Source: Candidatus Omnitrophota bacterium (lineage in GTDB: Bacteria > Omnitrophota > Gorgyraeia > Gygaellales > Profunditerraquicolaceae). From it: DNA of 49,211 nucleotides. A program made the position numbers and the translations under genes. The notes under the pieces are model-generated. The model was not told the origin of the DNA. It was given only the letters and a program-made list of their open reading frames with translations, and did no database searches. The DNA lies in NCBI GenBank assembly GCA_016783715.1, contig JADHWA010000003.1, positions 1 through 49,211 of the forward strand, in the 5' to 3' direction. Shown in pieces: positions 1 to 9,929 of the stretch. Position 1 is the stretch's first letter, and every line of letters starts with the position of its first letter.

Positions 1-1
1 C

Positions 2-148
2 AAGACTCCCTGGCAATTAGCCCAAGAGAAGAAACCTGACTTGGATAAACGGCTGCTGATGGCCTCTGCAGTTGACCTTGATTTACTGCTTGAGACCTAT
101 CTTAATTTTTTGGCTCAAGGGGGTAAGAATCTATTGACCAATCCCTAA
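2..148 (+). CDS. 3' end of a partial ORF, probably an integrase-core (IS481/IS3-like) transposase
   Basis: Frame 2 is open from the window edge: KTPWQLAQEKKPDLDKRLLMASAVDLDLLLETYLNFLAQGGKNLLTNP*. The KTP motif and C-terminal pattern recall DDE integrase-core transposase tails. It is the only plus-strand gene candidate. Confidence 0.45.
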   Translation, partial: KTPWQLAQEKKPDLDKRLLMASAVDLDLLLETYLNFLAQGGKNLLTNP

Positions 149-334
149 ATATTATGGAAAACAACAGTGTGGGATGTCGGTTAAACCTAGGTATATCCTC
201 CTTCGCCAGGTACAAGTCGCATTTGGCTTCCCCCTTCGCCACTCACTCCAGTATGGCTTCGGGGACTTCGTCGGAGGATTATCCGCTTACAAAATTTAGC
301 GCATACCCATTCAATGACATCCTCCGAAGCAGCT

Positions 335-1639
335 CTATCTTCGCGCTGATCTACGTGTATGTACCTGACCTCCTGCGAAGGCGGATAAATATTTGCGGGG
401 ATCGGCAACCCTGCCCTCCAGCGCAGATGCCGCTACTGTCGCCGGTGAAGCCAGGTAAATAAAAGCCTCAGGGTTACCCATTCTGCCTTTAAAATTTCTA
501 TTGGCGGTGGAGATTGCAACTTCTTTATCGGCAAGGACGCCGTTGTGGGTACCTACGCAGGGACCGCATCCGGGGGTGACAACCGCGGCTTTGGATTCTA
601 CCAATACATCTATAATGCCTCTTTCTATAGCCTGCAAAAATATATCCCTTGATGCCGGAGCAACAATAAATTTAACTCCCGGGGCTGTTTTCTTCCCTTT
701 GAGTATCTTGGCGGCAACCTCTAAATCCTCTATCCTGCCGTTAGTACAAGTACCTAAAAAGGCCTGGTCGATCTTGATATTTTTTAGCTTTCCAACAGCT
801 ACCGCGCTATCAACACTATGCGGCCGGGAAACCTGAGGCTCTAATCTGGAGATATCGAACTCGATTACACGCTCATATACGGCATCTTTATCTGCTGATA
901 TACCCCGCCGAACCCTACTCTTCTTATCCATATGAGATTTTAGCCACTCGAGGGTCAATTTATCCTGCGGCATAAATCCAACCTTGGCACCCATCTCTAC
1001 CACCATATTGCAGATCGTAAAGCGGCCGTCCATACTCAACCTATTGATCACCGGTCCCTCAAACTCAACCGCCTTATAAGTAACACCGTCGGCTCCGAGC
1101 TTTGTAATAATGTGCAGGATAATATCCTTGGCAAAGACCCCTTTAGGGATCTTCCCCTTGACAATTATTTTAAAGGTATCTGGAACCTTAAACCAGTTCT
1201 TTCCGGTAGTAATGGCGATCGCCAGATCCGTAGAGCCGACCCCCGTGGAGAATGCCCCTAACGCACCATAGGTGCAGGTATGAGAATCCGCTCCCAACAC
1301 CAGGTCTCCGGGGCGAATCTGACCTGATTCAGGAATAACCTGGTGGCAGACCCCGCATCCGATATCATAGAGCCTTGTTGCAAAACTAGAGGAGAAATCC
1401 CTCATCTTTTTATGCACCCGCGACACCCCTTCATTAGGGGAAGGAGCACCATGATCTATCACCATGCAAAATTTTGTCTTAAGTTTCTTAACCTGCAGCT
1501 CCTTTACCCTGTCGACAATTATCGCCGATGTGCCATCCTGACCAAAGGCAAAATCAACCTTGCATATAGCAAAATCGCCGGCGGAAACTTTCTTACCGGC
1601 GTGGGTACCGAGTATTTTTTCTGCGATAGTTTTGCCCAT
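335..1639 (-). CDS. leuC: 3-isopropylmalate dehydratase/homoaconitase large subunit
   Basis: Aconitase-family motifs GADSHTCTYG, GTCTNGR, PGCGPCVG and TANRNFKGRMG. Confidence 0.88.
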   Translation of the reverse strand: MGKTIAEKILGTHAGKKVSAGDFAICKVDFAFGQDGTSAIIVDRVKELQVKKLKTKFCMVIDHGAPSPNEGVSRVHKKMRDFSSSFATRLYDIGCGVCHQVIPESGQIRPGDLVLGADSHTCTYGALGAFSTGVGSTDLAIAITTGKNWFKVPDTFKIIVKGKIPKGVFAKDIILHIITKLGADGVTYKAVEFEGPVINRLSMDGRFTICNMVVEMGAKVGFMPQDKLTLEWLKSHMDKKSRVRRGISADKDAVYERVIEFDISRLEPQVSRPHSVDSAVAVGKLKNIKIDQAFLGTCTNGRIEDLEVAAKILKGKKTAPGVKFIVAPASRDIFLQAIERGIIDVLVESKAAVVTPGCGPCVGTHNGVLADKEVAISTANRNFKGRMGNPEAFIYLASPATVAASALEGRVADPRKYLSAFAGGQVHTRRSARR

Positions 1640-1641
1640 TA

Positions 1642-2811
1642 TTATTTAAGCCATGAGGCCATCCTGTCCAACCCCTTGCCCAGCTCCTCGATACTGGTCG
1701 CGAAACTTATCCGAATATAATTATCGTCTCCAAAGGCCACACCCGGAACTACCGCTACCGAGGCCTCTTCGAGCAGGCGGGTGGCGAAGTTCACTGAATC
1801 CAGGCCCGATTTAGAAATATTGCAGAATATATAAAAAGCTCCTGCGGGCTTAGTGTAACTGATCTTGGGGATCCGGTCTAGCTTCCCAGCCGCAAAGTCT
1901 CTTCTCTTCTCGAATTCCACTACCATCTTTTCTATGAAATCACCCCCACCGCCCAACGCCGCAGTGGCTGCTTTCTGGCTGATTGAGCTCGGACATGAAG
2001 TAGAATGACTCTGCAGTTTGGAGATCGCATCAGAGACATCCTGCGGAGCACCTAAATAGCCGATACGCCAGCCGGTCATCGCATAACTTTTTGACAGGCC
2101 ACTTACGGTAATCGTCAGATTATAGATATCGTCTTTTAATGACGCAATTGAAGTCGCTTTTTGCCCCTGGTATATGAGCTTCTCGTATATTTCATCCGAA
2201 ATAACGAAGATCTTTCTCTTTGCACAGACCTCGGCTATCGATCTTAATTCATCCCCGGAGTAGACACTGCCGGTGGGATTGGATGGACTATTTATTATCA
2301 AGACCTTGGTCTTGCTGCTTATATGGCGCTGGAGATCCGAGACCTCTATCTTGAAACCGGATTCAATGTTAGTCTTAATAAACCGACTGACCCCCTGACA
2401 GAGATTCACCATCTCCGGATAACTCACCCAGTATGGTGAAGGCATCAGCACCTCATCATCCTTATCTACCAGGACCTGCAGCGCATTATAGATACTATGC
2501 TTAGCCCCGCAAGAGACGACTATCTGATTTGGCTCATATTTCAGGGAATTATCTCTCCGGAACTTCTCAGAAATTGCTTTTTTTAACTCTGGAATTCCTG
2601 TGGTAGGGGTATATTTGGTGAAGCCATTGTTAATCGCTTCTATTGCGGCTTGTTTGATATAATCCGGTGTATCGAAATCCGGCTCACCGGCAGCCAGACT
2701 AATCACATCAACCCCTTCAGCCTTTAGCTTCTTGGCTCCAGAGGTAATAGCAAGAGTAACAGATGCACTTACTTTTTCCAACCGCTCTGCCAGGCGCGTA
2801 TTGACTCGCAT
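1642..2811 (-). CDS. aspC: PLP-dependent class I/II (aspartate-type) aminotransferase
   Basis: GEPDF, NSPSNPTG, DEIY and SKSYAMTGWRIG motifs. Confidence 0.88.
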   Translation of the reverse strand: MRVNTRLAERLEKVSASVTLAITSGAKKLKAEGVDVISLAAGEPDFDTPDYIKQAAIEAINNGFTKYTPTTGIPELKKAISEKFRRDNSLKYEPNQIVVSCGAKHSIYNALQVLVDKDDEVLMPSPYWVSYPEMVNLCQGVSRFIKTNIESGFKIEVSDLQRHISSKTKVLIINSPSNPTGSVYSGDELRSIAEVCAKRKIFVISDEIYEKLIYQGQKATSIASLKDDIYNLTITVSGLSKSYAMTGWRIGYLGAPQDVSDAISKLQSHSTSCPSSISQKAATAALGGGGDFIEKMVVEFEKRRDFAAGKLDRIPKISYTKPAGAFYIFCNISKSGLDSVNFATRLLEEASVAVVPGVAFGDDNYIRISFATSIEELGKGLDRMASWLK

Positions 2812-2826
2812 TTGAGTTTTTTTAAT

Positions 2827-3399
2827 TTATAAAGAATCCCGCTCTTTCTTGAATATGCTCTTAATCCCCCCCAAAAAATTCTTAGAAGGTTTCTTAGGAG
2901 CAGAGGGCTTTTCTTTGACCTTAAGGTCGTGTTTTATCTCCTTCTTATCCTGGGGCTTCTCTTCTACGGGAACAACAGCTTCCCTTCCGAGCTGCTGCGG
3001 CTTCTTGGCTTCTGCCTTCTTATGCTTCTTGTGCTCCTGTTTTTTTATCTCTGTAAGCTCTAAAATTACTAGCTCCGCGTTATCTCCGCGCCTTCTTGTA
3101 TAATTGATAATCCTGACAAATCCTGATTTACGGTTACTAAACCTTGGCCCGATATCACCAAAGAGCACCTGCACCAGCTTATGACACCCGAGGATCTTGA
3201 AAGCCTGGCGTTTTGCATTCAGGGAATTTTGCTTGCTCATCTGGATTAGCCGTTCAATCAAAGGCTTAACTGCTTTGGCCTTAATCTTGGTAGTCTTGAT
3301 ACTCTGATGAATAATCACATTCCTGGCCATACTCTTCAATGTCGCTTTCCGCCAGCTGGTGAACCGGTTTAACTGCAGTCTTGCTTTTCTATGTCTCAT
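2827..3399 (-). CDS. rplQ: 50S ribosomal protein L17 with long C-terminal extension
   Basis: MRHRK N-terminus, RRGDNA motif, position after rpoA. Confidence 0.96.
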   Translation of the reverse strand: MRHRKARLQLNRFTSWRKATLKSMARNVIIHQSIKTTKIKAKAVKPLIERLIQMSKQNSLNAKRQAFKILGCHKLVQVLFGDIGPRFSNRKSGFVRIINYTRRRGDNAELVILELTEIKKQEHKKHKKAEAKKPQQLGREAVVPVEEKPQDKKEIKHDLKVKEKPSAPKKPSKNFLGGIKSIFKKERDSL

Positions 3400-3418
3400 C
3401 TAGTCTTCCCTTTATCTC

Positions 3419-4411
3419 TTACTTAAAGTTCTTCAGTTTCTTGGCGTCTACCTGAATCCCTAAAGCCAGCCCCATCCCGGCAAGCAGCTCTTTTATTTCA
3501 GTGAGTGATTTCTTCCCGAAGTTTTTGAAGCCCAACATCTCATCCTCGGTCTTCTTGACTAATTCGGCGATGGTTTTAATATTTGCCTCTCGCAGGCAAT
3601 TTGAACTTCTAACTGAAAGCTCAAGCTCTGAGATCGGCAGTCTCAGCTTCTCATATAGGACTACCTCATCCTTGCTCATCTCCGGTTCCTCTTCGATCTC
3701 TTCGGGGAGCTGCCCGAAATTTACGAAGATATCCAGATGCCTCTGTAAGATATTGGAAGCATACAGCATGGCATCTTTTGGAGTAAGCGCCCCGTTGGTC
3801 CAAACCTCTAAGATCAGCTTATCATAGTCGGTTCGCTGCCCCACACGGGTATTCTCTGTGTAATAATTTACCTTCCTCACAGGGCTGAATATTGAATCAA
3901 TCGCCACCATCCCCACCGGTTGGTCTTCCTTCTTATTGAGTTCAGCTGGTACATACCCGCGCCCCCTGGCTACCTCCATTTCCATCTGGAATTTTACATC
4001 CTTGGTTAGTGTCGCGATGTGGAGATCGGGATTAATAATCTCTATGGTGTCGTCGGCCTCAATATCCTTGGCTTTTAGCTGCCCCTTGGCGTGTTTCTTG
4101 ATATATATGGTCTTGGGTATTTTCGAATGTGAATTTAAGATCAGTGATTTGATATTCAGGATTATCTCAGTCACATCTTCCAAGACTCCCGGAATCGTGG
4201 AAAATTCATGCGATACAGAGCCAATTTTAACTGACGTTACAGCGCTGCCCTCGATAGAGGAAAGTAAAACCCGCCTTAAAGAATTTCCCAAGGTTACACC
4301 AAAACCCTTCTCAAACGGTGCGGCAAAGAATTTGCCATAGGTGTTAGTGTAAGTTGACTCATCACAATCCAGTCTTTTTGGCAACTGAAAGTCTCTCCAC
4401 TTTATTCCCAT
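3419..4411 (-). CDS. rpoA: RNA polymerase subunit alpha
   Basis: TLGNSLRRVLLSS; CTD LSVRSSNCL and KNFGKKS. Confidence 0.98.
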   Translation of the reverse strand: MGIKWRDFQLPKRLDCDESTYTNTYGKFFAAPFEKGFGVTLGNSLRRVLLSSIEGSAVTSVKIGSVSHEFSTIPGVLEDVTEIILNIKSLILNSHSKIPKTIYIKKHAKGQLKAKDIEADDTIEIINPDLHIATLTKDVKFQMEMEVARGRGYVPAELNKKEDQPVGMVAIDSIFSPVRKVNYYTENTRVGQRTDYDKLILEVWTNGALTPKDAMLYASNILQRHLDIFVNFGQLPEEIEEEPEMSKDEVVLYEKLRLPISELELSVRSSNCLREANIKTIAELVKKTEDEMLGFKNFGKKSLTEIKELLAGMGLALGIQVDAKKLKNFK

Positions 4412-4448
4412 CTATTCCTCCTATTAATAAAAAACTTGTTTATTTTCG

Positions 4449-5081
4449 TTACTTAGAATACAATTCTACGATCAACTGCTCTTCTATAGCAGTCGGGATA
4501 TCTTCCTTCTCCGGAAGCCTGGCGATCTTCGCTGATAACTCCGGACGGCTGAATTCCAGCCACTTCGGGACATCCCGATCCTTGGTGATTTCCAGATTTT
4601 CTTTGATCTTCTCAGCGGTTTTATCTTTCTTCACTTTGATTACCACACTGTCATTGACATCGATCTGGAAGGAAGGTATGTTTACACGCCGAGAGTTAAC
4701 ATAGACAAAATTATGACGTACTAATTGGCGCGCCTGCGCCCGGGAGACTCCGATCCCCATCCGGAATACCACGTTATCGAGCCTTCTCTCTAATATCTGT
4801 AACAGGACCTTGCCGGTAATGCCTTTACTCCTTGCTGCGATGGCAAAATACTTACGGAACTGTTTCTCCATAACTCCGTATGTCCTCTTAACTTTCTGCT
4901 TTTCTCTCAGCTGTAGGCCATAGTTTGAAAGTTTTTGCCTTCGAGCAGTCCCGTGCTGCCCCGGAGCATAGGCACGTCTGGTAATAGGGCATTTCTGGGT
5001 ATTACATTTCGCCCCTTTTAAGAATAACTTCTCTACTTCGCGTCTACATAATCTACAAACTGCTTCGGTATATCTTGCCAT
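4449..5081 (-). CDS. rpsD: 30S ribosomal protein S4
   Basis: MARYT..CRLCRRE, QLREKQK, LERRLDNVV. Confidence 0.98.
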   Translation of the reverse strand: MARYTEAVCRLCRREVEKLFLKGAKCNTQKCPITRRAYAPGQHGTARRQKLSNYGLQLREKQKVKRTYGVMEKQFRKYFAIAARSKGITGKVLLQILERRLDNVVFRMGIGVSRAQARQLVRHNFVYVNSRRVNIPSFQIDVNDSVVIKVKKDKTAEKIKENLEITKDRDVPKWLEFSRPELSAKIARLPEKEDIPTAIEEQLIVELYSK

Positions 5082-5086
5082 CTATC

Positions 5087-5476
5087 TTACACTCTCCTTT
5101 TCTTCTTTGGTCGGCAACCGTTGTGCGGAATAGGAGTTATATCTCTGATAACAGTTATCGTCAAGCCTGAGGCCTGAAGCGCTCTAATCGCCGATTCTCG
5201 GCCGAAACCGGGACCCTTGACATAAACCTCTACTTCCTTTAGCCCCACCTCTTTGGCCTTTTTTGCTGCATCCGTTGCTGCTATCTGGGCTGCAAACGGT
5301 GTAGACTTCTTTGACCCGCCATATCCTACAATTCCGGGAGTAGACCAGGCCAGGGTATTACCTTGCTTATCAGTAATAGTGATAATTGTATTATTGAAGC
5401 TGGCCTGAATATGCGCTATCCCCGAAGTTACCCCCTTGGCGATCTTTTTCTTCTTTGCTTTTTCCTTTGTAGCCAT
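5087..5476 (-). CDS. rpsK: 30S ribosomal protein S11
   Basis: SFNNTII, KSTPFAA, PHNGCRP. Confidence 0.98.
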   Translation of the reverse strand: MATKEKAKKKKIAKGVTSGIAHIQASFNNTIITITDKQGNTLAWSTPGIVGYGGSKKSTPFAAQIAATDAAKKAKEVGLKEVEVYVKGPGFGRESAIRALQASGLTITVIRDITPIPHNGCRPKKKRRV

Positions 5477-5500
5477 CTTTAACCTTTCTCTCTAAATAAA

Positions 5501-5923
5501 CTAACCCTTCCCTGCCTTTGCGGCTGGAGCGGGCTTCTTAGCTGTATCGGCCTTTTTCACTACCGACATTCCGCCCTTACGAGGCCCTTTCCTGGTCCTG
5601 GCGTTTGTCTTGGTGCGCTGTCCTCTTACCGGAAGGCTCCTTCTATGGCGCAGCCCCCTCCAAGAACCTATATCCATTAACCTTTTTATATTCTGAGAAA
5701 TATCCCTGCGCAGGTCACCTTCAATTCTCATATCTATCTTCTGGATAGCACCGATTATCCGTGAAAGCTCATCTTCGCTTAATTCTTTGGCTCTACGACT
5801 GGGCTCGATCCCGGCCTCCTTAAGAATCTTAAGAGATACCACCTTGCCTACTCCATATAAGTAGGTAAGGGCGATATCTATTCTTTTTTCCCTGGGAATA
5901 TCTACACCTAAGATTCTTGGCAT
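5501..5923 (-). CDS. rpsM: 30S ribosomal protein S13
   Basis: [25 protein letters not shown]. Confidence 0.98.
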   Translation of the reverse strand: MPRILGVDIPREKRIDIALTYLYGVGKVVSLKILKEAGIEPSRRAKELSEDELSRIIGAIQKIDMRIEGDLRRDISQNIKRLMDIGSWRGLRHRRSLPVRGQRTKTNARTRKGPRKGGMSVVKKADTAKKPAPAAKAGKG

Positions 5924-5935
5924 TACTTATTCTCC

Positions 5936-6025
5936 TTAATGAGCAGACGATTTATGGAGCACAACCTGCGACATAAATCGTAGCTGCATCCTTCGCTTAC
6001 GCTCCGTAAGCTCGGGCCTCATTTG
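5936..6025 (-). repeat. Junction element copy 1 (short; lacks the central arm), between rpmJ and rpsM
   Basis: Plus strand ttaatgag...ctcatttg; left arm identical to the start of copy 5. Confidence 0.85.
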
Positions 6026-6026
6026 A

Positions 6027-6140
6027 TTATCCTTGTCTTTGTTTATGTTTAGCATTAGAACAAATTACACGTACTACCCCTCTTCTTTTAATTACCTTGC
6101 ATTTATCGCACATCTTTCTAACCGACGCTTTTACCTTCAC
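6027..6140 (-). CDS. rpmJ: 50S ribosomal protein L36 (zinc-binding type); not in the ORF track
   Basis: Manual translation from [46 protein letters not shown] upstream. Confidence 0.97.
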   Translation of the reverse strand: MKVKASVRKMCDKCKVIKRRGVVRVICSNAKHKQRQG

Positions 6141-6186
6141 CCCGCTCTTCCTCCTATCTTGTTCCCAACCCTCTGGAAGGGCTGGG

Positions 6187-6408
6187 TCATGATTTACCTC
6201 TAAAAGTAATCCTTCCCCTGTTCAAATCGTAGGGAGAAAGCTCTAATTTGACCTTGTCCCCCGGGAGAATCCGGATAAAATGCATCCGCATTTTCCCCGA
6301 AACATGGGCCAGGACTATATGGTCATTCTCTAACTTTACCCGAAACATCGCATTAGGCAATGCTTCAACTACGGTACCTTCTGTCTCAATTAACTCTTCT
6401 TTTGACAT
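6187..6408 (-). CDS. infA: Translation initiation factor IF-1
   Basis: MSKEELIE...LPNAMFRV...[14 protein letters not shown]; start moved to the ATG at 6408. Confidence 0.97.
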   Translation of the reverse strand: MSKEELIETEGTVVEALPNAMFRVKLENDHIVLAHVSGKMRMHFIRILPGDKVKLELSPYDLNRGRITFRGKS

Positions 6409-6421
6409 TAGAGCTCTTTCT

Positions 6422-6648
6422 TTAATGAGCGCTTGACTTACGATCCGCCGTAGGCGCAAGAGTAAGTCAATGCGCGAATTAACCCCCCACCACTTTTTGA
6501 TCAAGCTTTACAAAATAATATCTAACTATTATTGAATAATTCTAGCTTAAATATTACCAACCCCTCCACTATACAAAAAGTGGTGGGGGGTCAAATTCGG
6601 ACATATAAGTTACGTCGCTATCGCTTCCGTAACTTATGTCCTCATTTG
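6422..6648 (-). repeat. Junction element copy 2 (type A centre), between map and infA
   Basis: ttaatga|gcgc..gcgc|gaatt..ccccccaccacttttt..aaaaagtggtgggggg..ttc|ggac..gtcc|tcatt; contains the map stop codon. Confidence 0.93.
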
Positions 6649-7391
6649 ACCTTAGTTAAAATCTCGGGCCCTTGTTCGGTTATGGCAACCGTATGCTCAA
6701 AATGCGCTGAAGGAAGCTTATCTCTAGCGATCGCTGTCCAGCCATTCTCCTGAATCTGGCATTCCCATGTGCCCATATTCACCATCGGCTCAATCGCAAA
6801 AACCATCCCCTTTTTTATTAAGGGCCCCTGGTTTTTAGTGCCGAAATTAGGAATCTCAGGCTCTTCATGCAAACTGCGCCCGATCCCATGGCCAACGAAC
6901 TGTCTGACTACCGAGAAACCGTTACTCTCAACATAGTTCCCAATGGCATAGGAGATATCAAATAAGCAATTCTCTGCACGGGCCTGCCTGATCCCCTCAG
7001 AGAGGGCGTTCTTGGTCACCTCAACAAGCTTCTTAACCGGACTACTTACAGCACCGACCGGCACCGTGATCGCTGCGTCCGAAAAATACCCGTTGTAATT
7101 TACCCCGAGATCCAAGCTGACAATGTCGCCATCCTTGATAACTCTGGGGCCGGGTATCCCATGGACGACCTCTTCGTTAACCGAAACACAGACACTAGCC
7201 GGAAATCCCCTATACCCTTTAAATGCCGGTATAACCTTCTGACGCCAAAGAAGATCCTCTGTCAGATTATCAATCTCTTGTGTGGTTATCCCCGGCACAA
7301 GATTCTGCCGTAGCTGCCTTAAAATAGCCGCCAAGATTCTACCGGCCTCTCTTAATGCCTTTAGATCTTCCTCGGTCTTTAAGGGTATCAT
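6642..7391 (-). CDS. map: Methionine aminopeptidase type I
   Basis: SVNEEVVHGIP, GHGIG..LHEEP, AIEPM, AHFEHT. Confidence 0.97.
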   Translation of the reverse strand: MIPLKTEEDLKALREAGRILAAILRQLRQNLVPGITTQEIDNLTEDLLWRQKVIPAFKGYRGFPASVCVSVNEEVVHGIPGPRVIKDGDIVSLDLGVNYNGYFSDAAITVPVGAVSSPVKKLVEVTKNALSEGIRQARAENCLFDISYAIGNYVESNGFSVVRQFVGHGIGRSLHEEPEIPNFGTKNQGPLIKKGMVFAIEPMVNMGTWECQIQENGWTAIARDKLPSAHFEHTVAITEQGPEILTKVK

Positions 7392-7392
7392 T

Positions 7393-8037
7393 CTATTTTT
7401 TTAACAAAAGAACAATCTCTTCGAGGACAGGCTCTGCGTCCCTGTCAGCATCGATTCTTTTTAAAATTCCTTGTGCGTCATAGTAGCGGATCAGCGGCGA
7501 GCTGTCATCCTTGTAAACATCCAGGCGCTTGCTTATAGTCTGGGGATTATCGTCGCTTCTCTGATAAAGACTGCCTCCGCAGTAATCGCAGATCATCTCT
7601 TGTTTAGGCGGCATATTCTTAGCATGGAAATTCCCCTGGCATTGACTGCAAACCAGGCGTCCGCTGAGCCTCTGGATTATGATCCCCTCGCTGGTATCCA
7701 GGTAGATTACATAATTAATTTTGAGTGAGTGTTCCTGCAATAGTTTATCCAGGCTCTCGGCCTGCTTTATCGTCCGCGGAAAACCATCAAGTATAAAACC
7801 GCTCTTGGCATCATCTTGAGCGATTCGCTCTGCAATCATCTTGATCACCAACTCATCCGGCACAAGCGCGCCTTTATCCATATAGCCTTTAGCCTGTTGA
7901 CCTAATTCGCTCCCCAAAGAAACGTTCTCGCGCAGCAGGTCGCCGGTAGAGATATGAAGCTGGCCGGTTCTCTTAGCTAATTTCTTTGACTGCGTACCTT
8001 TTCCCGCACCCGGAGGGCCTAACAATATAACTCTCAC
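7393..8037 (-). CDS. adk: Adenylate kinase
   Basis: GPPGAGKGTQ, LDGFPRT, Cys-containing lid. Confidence 0.97.
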   Translation of the reverse strand: MRVILLGPPGAGKGTQSKKLAKRTGQLHISTGDLLRENVSLGSELGQQAKGYMDKGALVPDELVIKMIAERIAQDDAKSGFILDGFPRTIKQAESLDKLLQEHSLKINYVIYLDTSEGIIIQRLSGRLVCSQCQGNFHAKNMPPKQEMICDYCGGSLYQRSDDNPQTISKRLDVYKDDSSPLIRYYDAQGILKRIDADRDAEPVLEEIVLLLKK

Positions 8038-8040
8038 GCC

Positions 8041-9411
8041 TTATCTTCTCCCCTTAATCTTTCCGGTTTTAACAAAACCTTCGTAGTGGTGCATTAAAAG
8101 ATGTGATTCTATCTGTTTCACCGTATCAAGCATTACCCCGACGATAATCAGGATTCCCGTACCACCAAAGAATGAAGCCACCAGATACGGAACCTTTAAC
8201 CAGGCCATAATAAAGTCAGGAAATATAGCGATAAATGCGATGAACATGGCACCGGCCAAGGTTATCCGCGTCATTACATAGTCTAGGAACTCCGAGGTGT
8301 TATTTCCCGGCCGCACCCCCGGAATAAATCCGCCGTACTTCTTCATATTCTCCGAAAGGTCTACCGGATTAAAGACAATCGCGGTATAGAAGTAACAGAA
8401 GAAGATGATCAATAGTGCATAGACCAGCGTATATAAGAGATGTCCTCTCACCAGGCTCTGCGATAGCCGCTGAAAAGCAGGATTCGGAATAAATGATGCC
8501 AGGGTCGCCGGAAATAGGATTATCGACTGCGCAAAGATGATCGCGATGACTCCTGACTGATCCACCTTTAACGGGATATAGGTACTCTGGCCGCCAAAGA
8601 TTCTCCTGCCGACTATCCTGCGCGCATACTGAACAGGGATTCTTCTTTGCCCCTGTGTAATCAGGATAACCGCAAAGACTACACCAACCAATAATCCAGC
8701 CATAATCAACAAGGTGATCGGCTGTATCTGGCGTCTGGCAGGATTAAACGGTGAAATCAGAATAATCAGCTGGCTGAATGCTGCCGGAATGCGCGAAATA
8801 ATACCGGCGGTGATTACCAGCGATATACCGTTTCCAATACCCCTCTCCTGTATCTGCTCCCCCAGCCACATGATGAAAATCGTACCGGTAGTAAGGGTGA
8901 GTACGGTTAAGATCCTGAAACCCCACCCCGGACTCATAACTATCTGCAACCCCTCAAACCTGCTGGGATCCTCAAGCCAAAGAGCAATAAAAAAAGACTG
9001 GATAATCGACAGCACTACCGTACCGTAGCGCGTATACTGATTTATCTTCTGATGCCCAACTTTTCCTTCCTTGGATAGCTTCTCCAGGGCCGGGATCACC
9101 GCAGTCAATAGCTGCATGATGATCGAGGCGGAGATATAGGGCATAATCCCCAGGGCGAAGATAGTTAATCTCTCTAATGCGCCTCCGGAGAACATGTTTA
9201 CTATCCCAAAGAGCGCCCCAGCCTGCGTCTGGGAGACCCGGCTAAAAAACTCAGCCAGTGCCGCTCCGTTAATGCCGGGAGTCGGGATATAACAGCCAAT
9301 ACGATAAATTATCAATAACCCTGCGGTAATCAACAGACGCCGCTTAAGGTCAGGTATCTTAAAGGAATTAACTAACGGTGAAAAATTTAAAATCTCAGCT
9401 AGTGACCGCAT
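8041..9411 (-). CDS. secY: Preprotein translocase subunit SecY
   Basis: ALGIMPYISASII, GIGNGISL, IPGVRPG. Confidence 0.98.
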   Translation of the reverse strand: MRSLAEILNFSPLVNSFKIPDLKRRLLITAGLLIIYRIGCYIPTPGINGAALAEFFSRVSQTQAGALFGIVNMFSGGALERLTIFALGIMPYISASIIMQLLTAVIPALEKLSKEGKVGHQKINQYTRYGTVVLSIIQSFFIALWLEDPSRFEGLQIVMSPGWGFRILTVLTLTTGTIFIMWLGEQIQERGIGNGISLVITAGIISRIPAAFSQLIILISPFNPARRQIQPITLLIMAGLLVGVVFAVILITQGQRRIPVQYARRIVGRRIFGGQSTYIPLKVDQSGVIAIIFAQSIILFPATLASFIPNPAFQRLSQSLVRGHLLYTLVYALLIIFFCYFYTAIVFNPVDLSENMKKYGGFIPGVRPGNNTSEFLDYVMTRITLAGAMFIAFIAIFPDFIMAWLKVPYLVASFFGGTGILIIVGVMLDTVKQIESHLLMHHYEGFVKTGKIKGRR

Positions 9412-9850
9412 CTTTTATGTTGACTATCTTTCCGCCTGCTCCCTCTAACTTTTTCACCGCTGCTTTAGAGAAGGCATGGGCTTGCACGGTTAGGGGGGAT
9501 TTAACCTCGCCCTCTCCCAGAATCTTTACCGGCCTGGTTTTATCCTTTATTAACCCCTTGGTTTCCAGCAGATCGGGGTTTATACTCTCCTGTTTTACCC
9601 GGACTAAATCCTTTAAGTTGACAATCTGATATTTGTCCCTTACCCTGCCGGAGAAGCCGCGCTTTGGTATCCTGCGAATCAAAGGACTGGTTCCCCCTTC
9701 AAAACCAAGATAGAAACCATGACCACTGCGTGAGGTCTGCCCCTTGCTTCCGCGCGTAGATGTTCCTCCATGGCCGGACCCGGAACCTCGACCCAAAATT
9801 CTCTTTCGCTTATGCGCGCCTCGGGGGATAACCAGATTATGCAGCCCCAT
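9395..9850 (-). CDS. rplO: 50S ribosomal protein L15 (frame stays open upstream to 9958)
   Basis: GRGSGSGHGGTSTRGSKGQ, FEGG..PL.RRIPKRGF; start position uncertain. Confidence 0.93.
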   Translation of the reverse strand: MGLHNLVIPRGAHKRKRILGRGSGSGHGGTSTRGSKGQTSRSGHGFYLGFEGGTSPLIRRIPKRGFSGRVRDKYQIVNLKDLVRVKQESINPDLLETKGLIKDKTRPVKILGEGEVKSPLTVQAHAFSKAAVKKLEGAGGKIVNIKDAVTS

Positions 9851-9929
9851 GCGCAGCTCTTTTTTAACCCGATCCGCGCTCTTCAATTTTTTTGCCGCCT
9901 TTTTTATCTTCGGCGCAAGAAACGCTGGC

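Noticed and set aside
6409-6504. Long N-terminal extensions in the ORF track for infA, and likewise rpsJ, tuf, fusA, rpsG, rpoC, rplK, rpsP and mfd
   Set aside because: They run into elements or neighbouring genes. Downstream ATGs match the conserved N-termini.
6483-6592. Type A centre as an intrinsic terminator
   Set aside because: The T-run lies inside the stem arm and the loop is ~75 nt, so it lacks the short hairpin followed by a U-tract. The downstream genes also appear co-transcribed.
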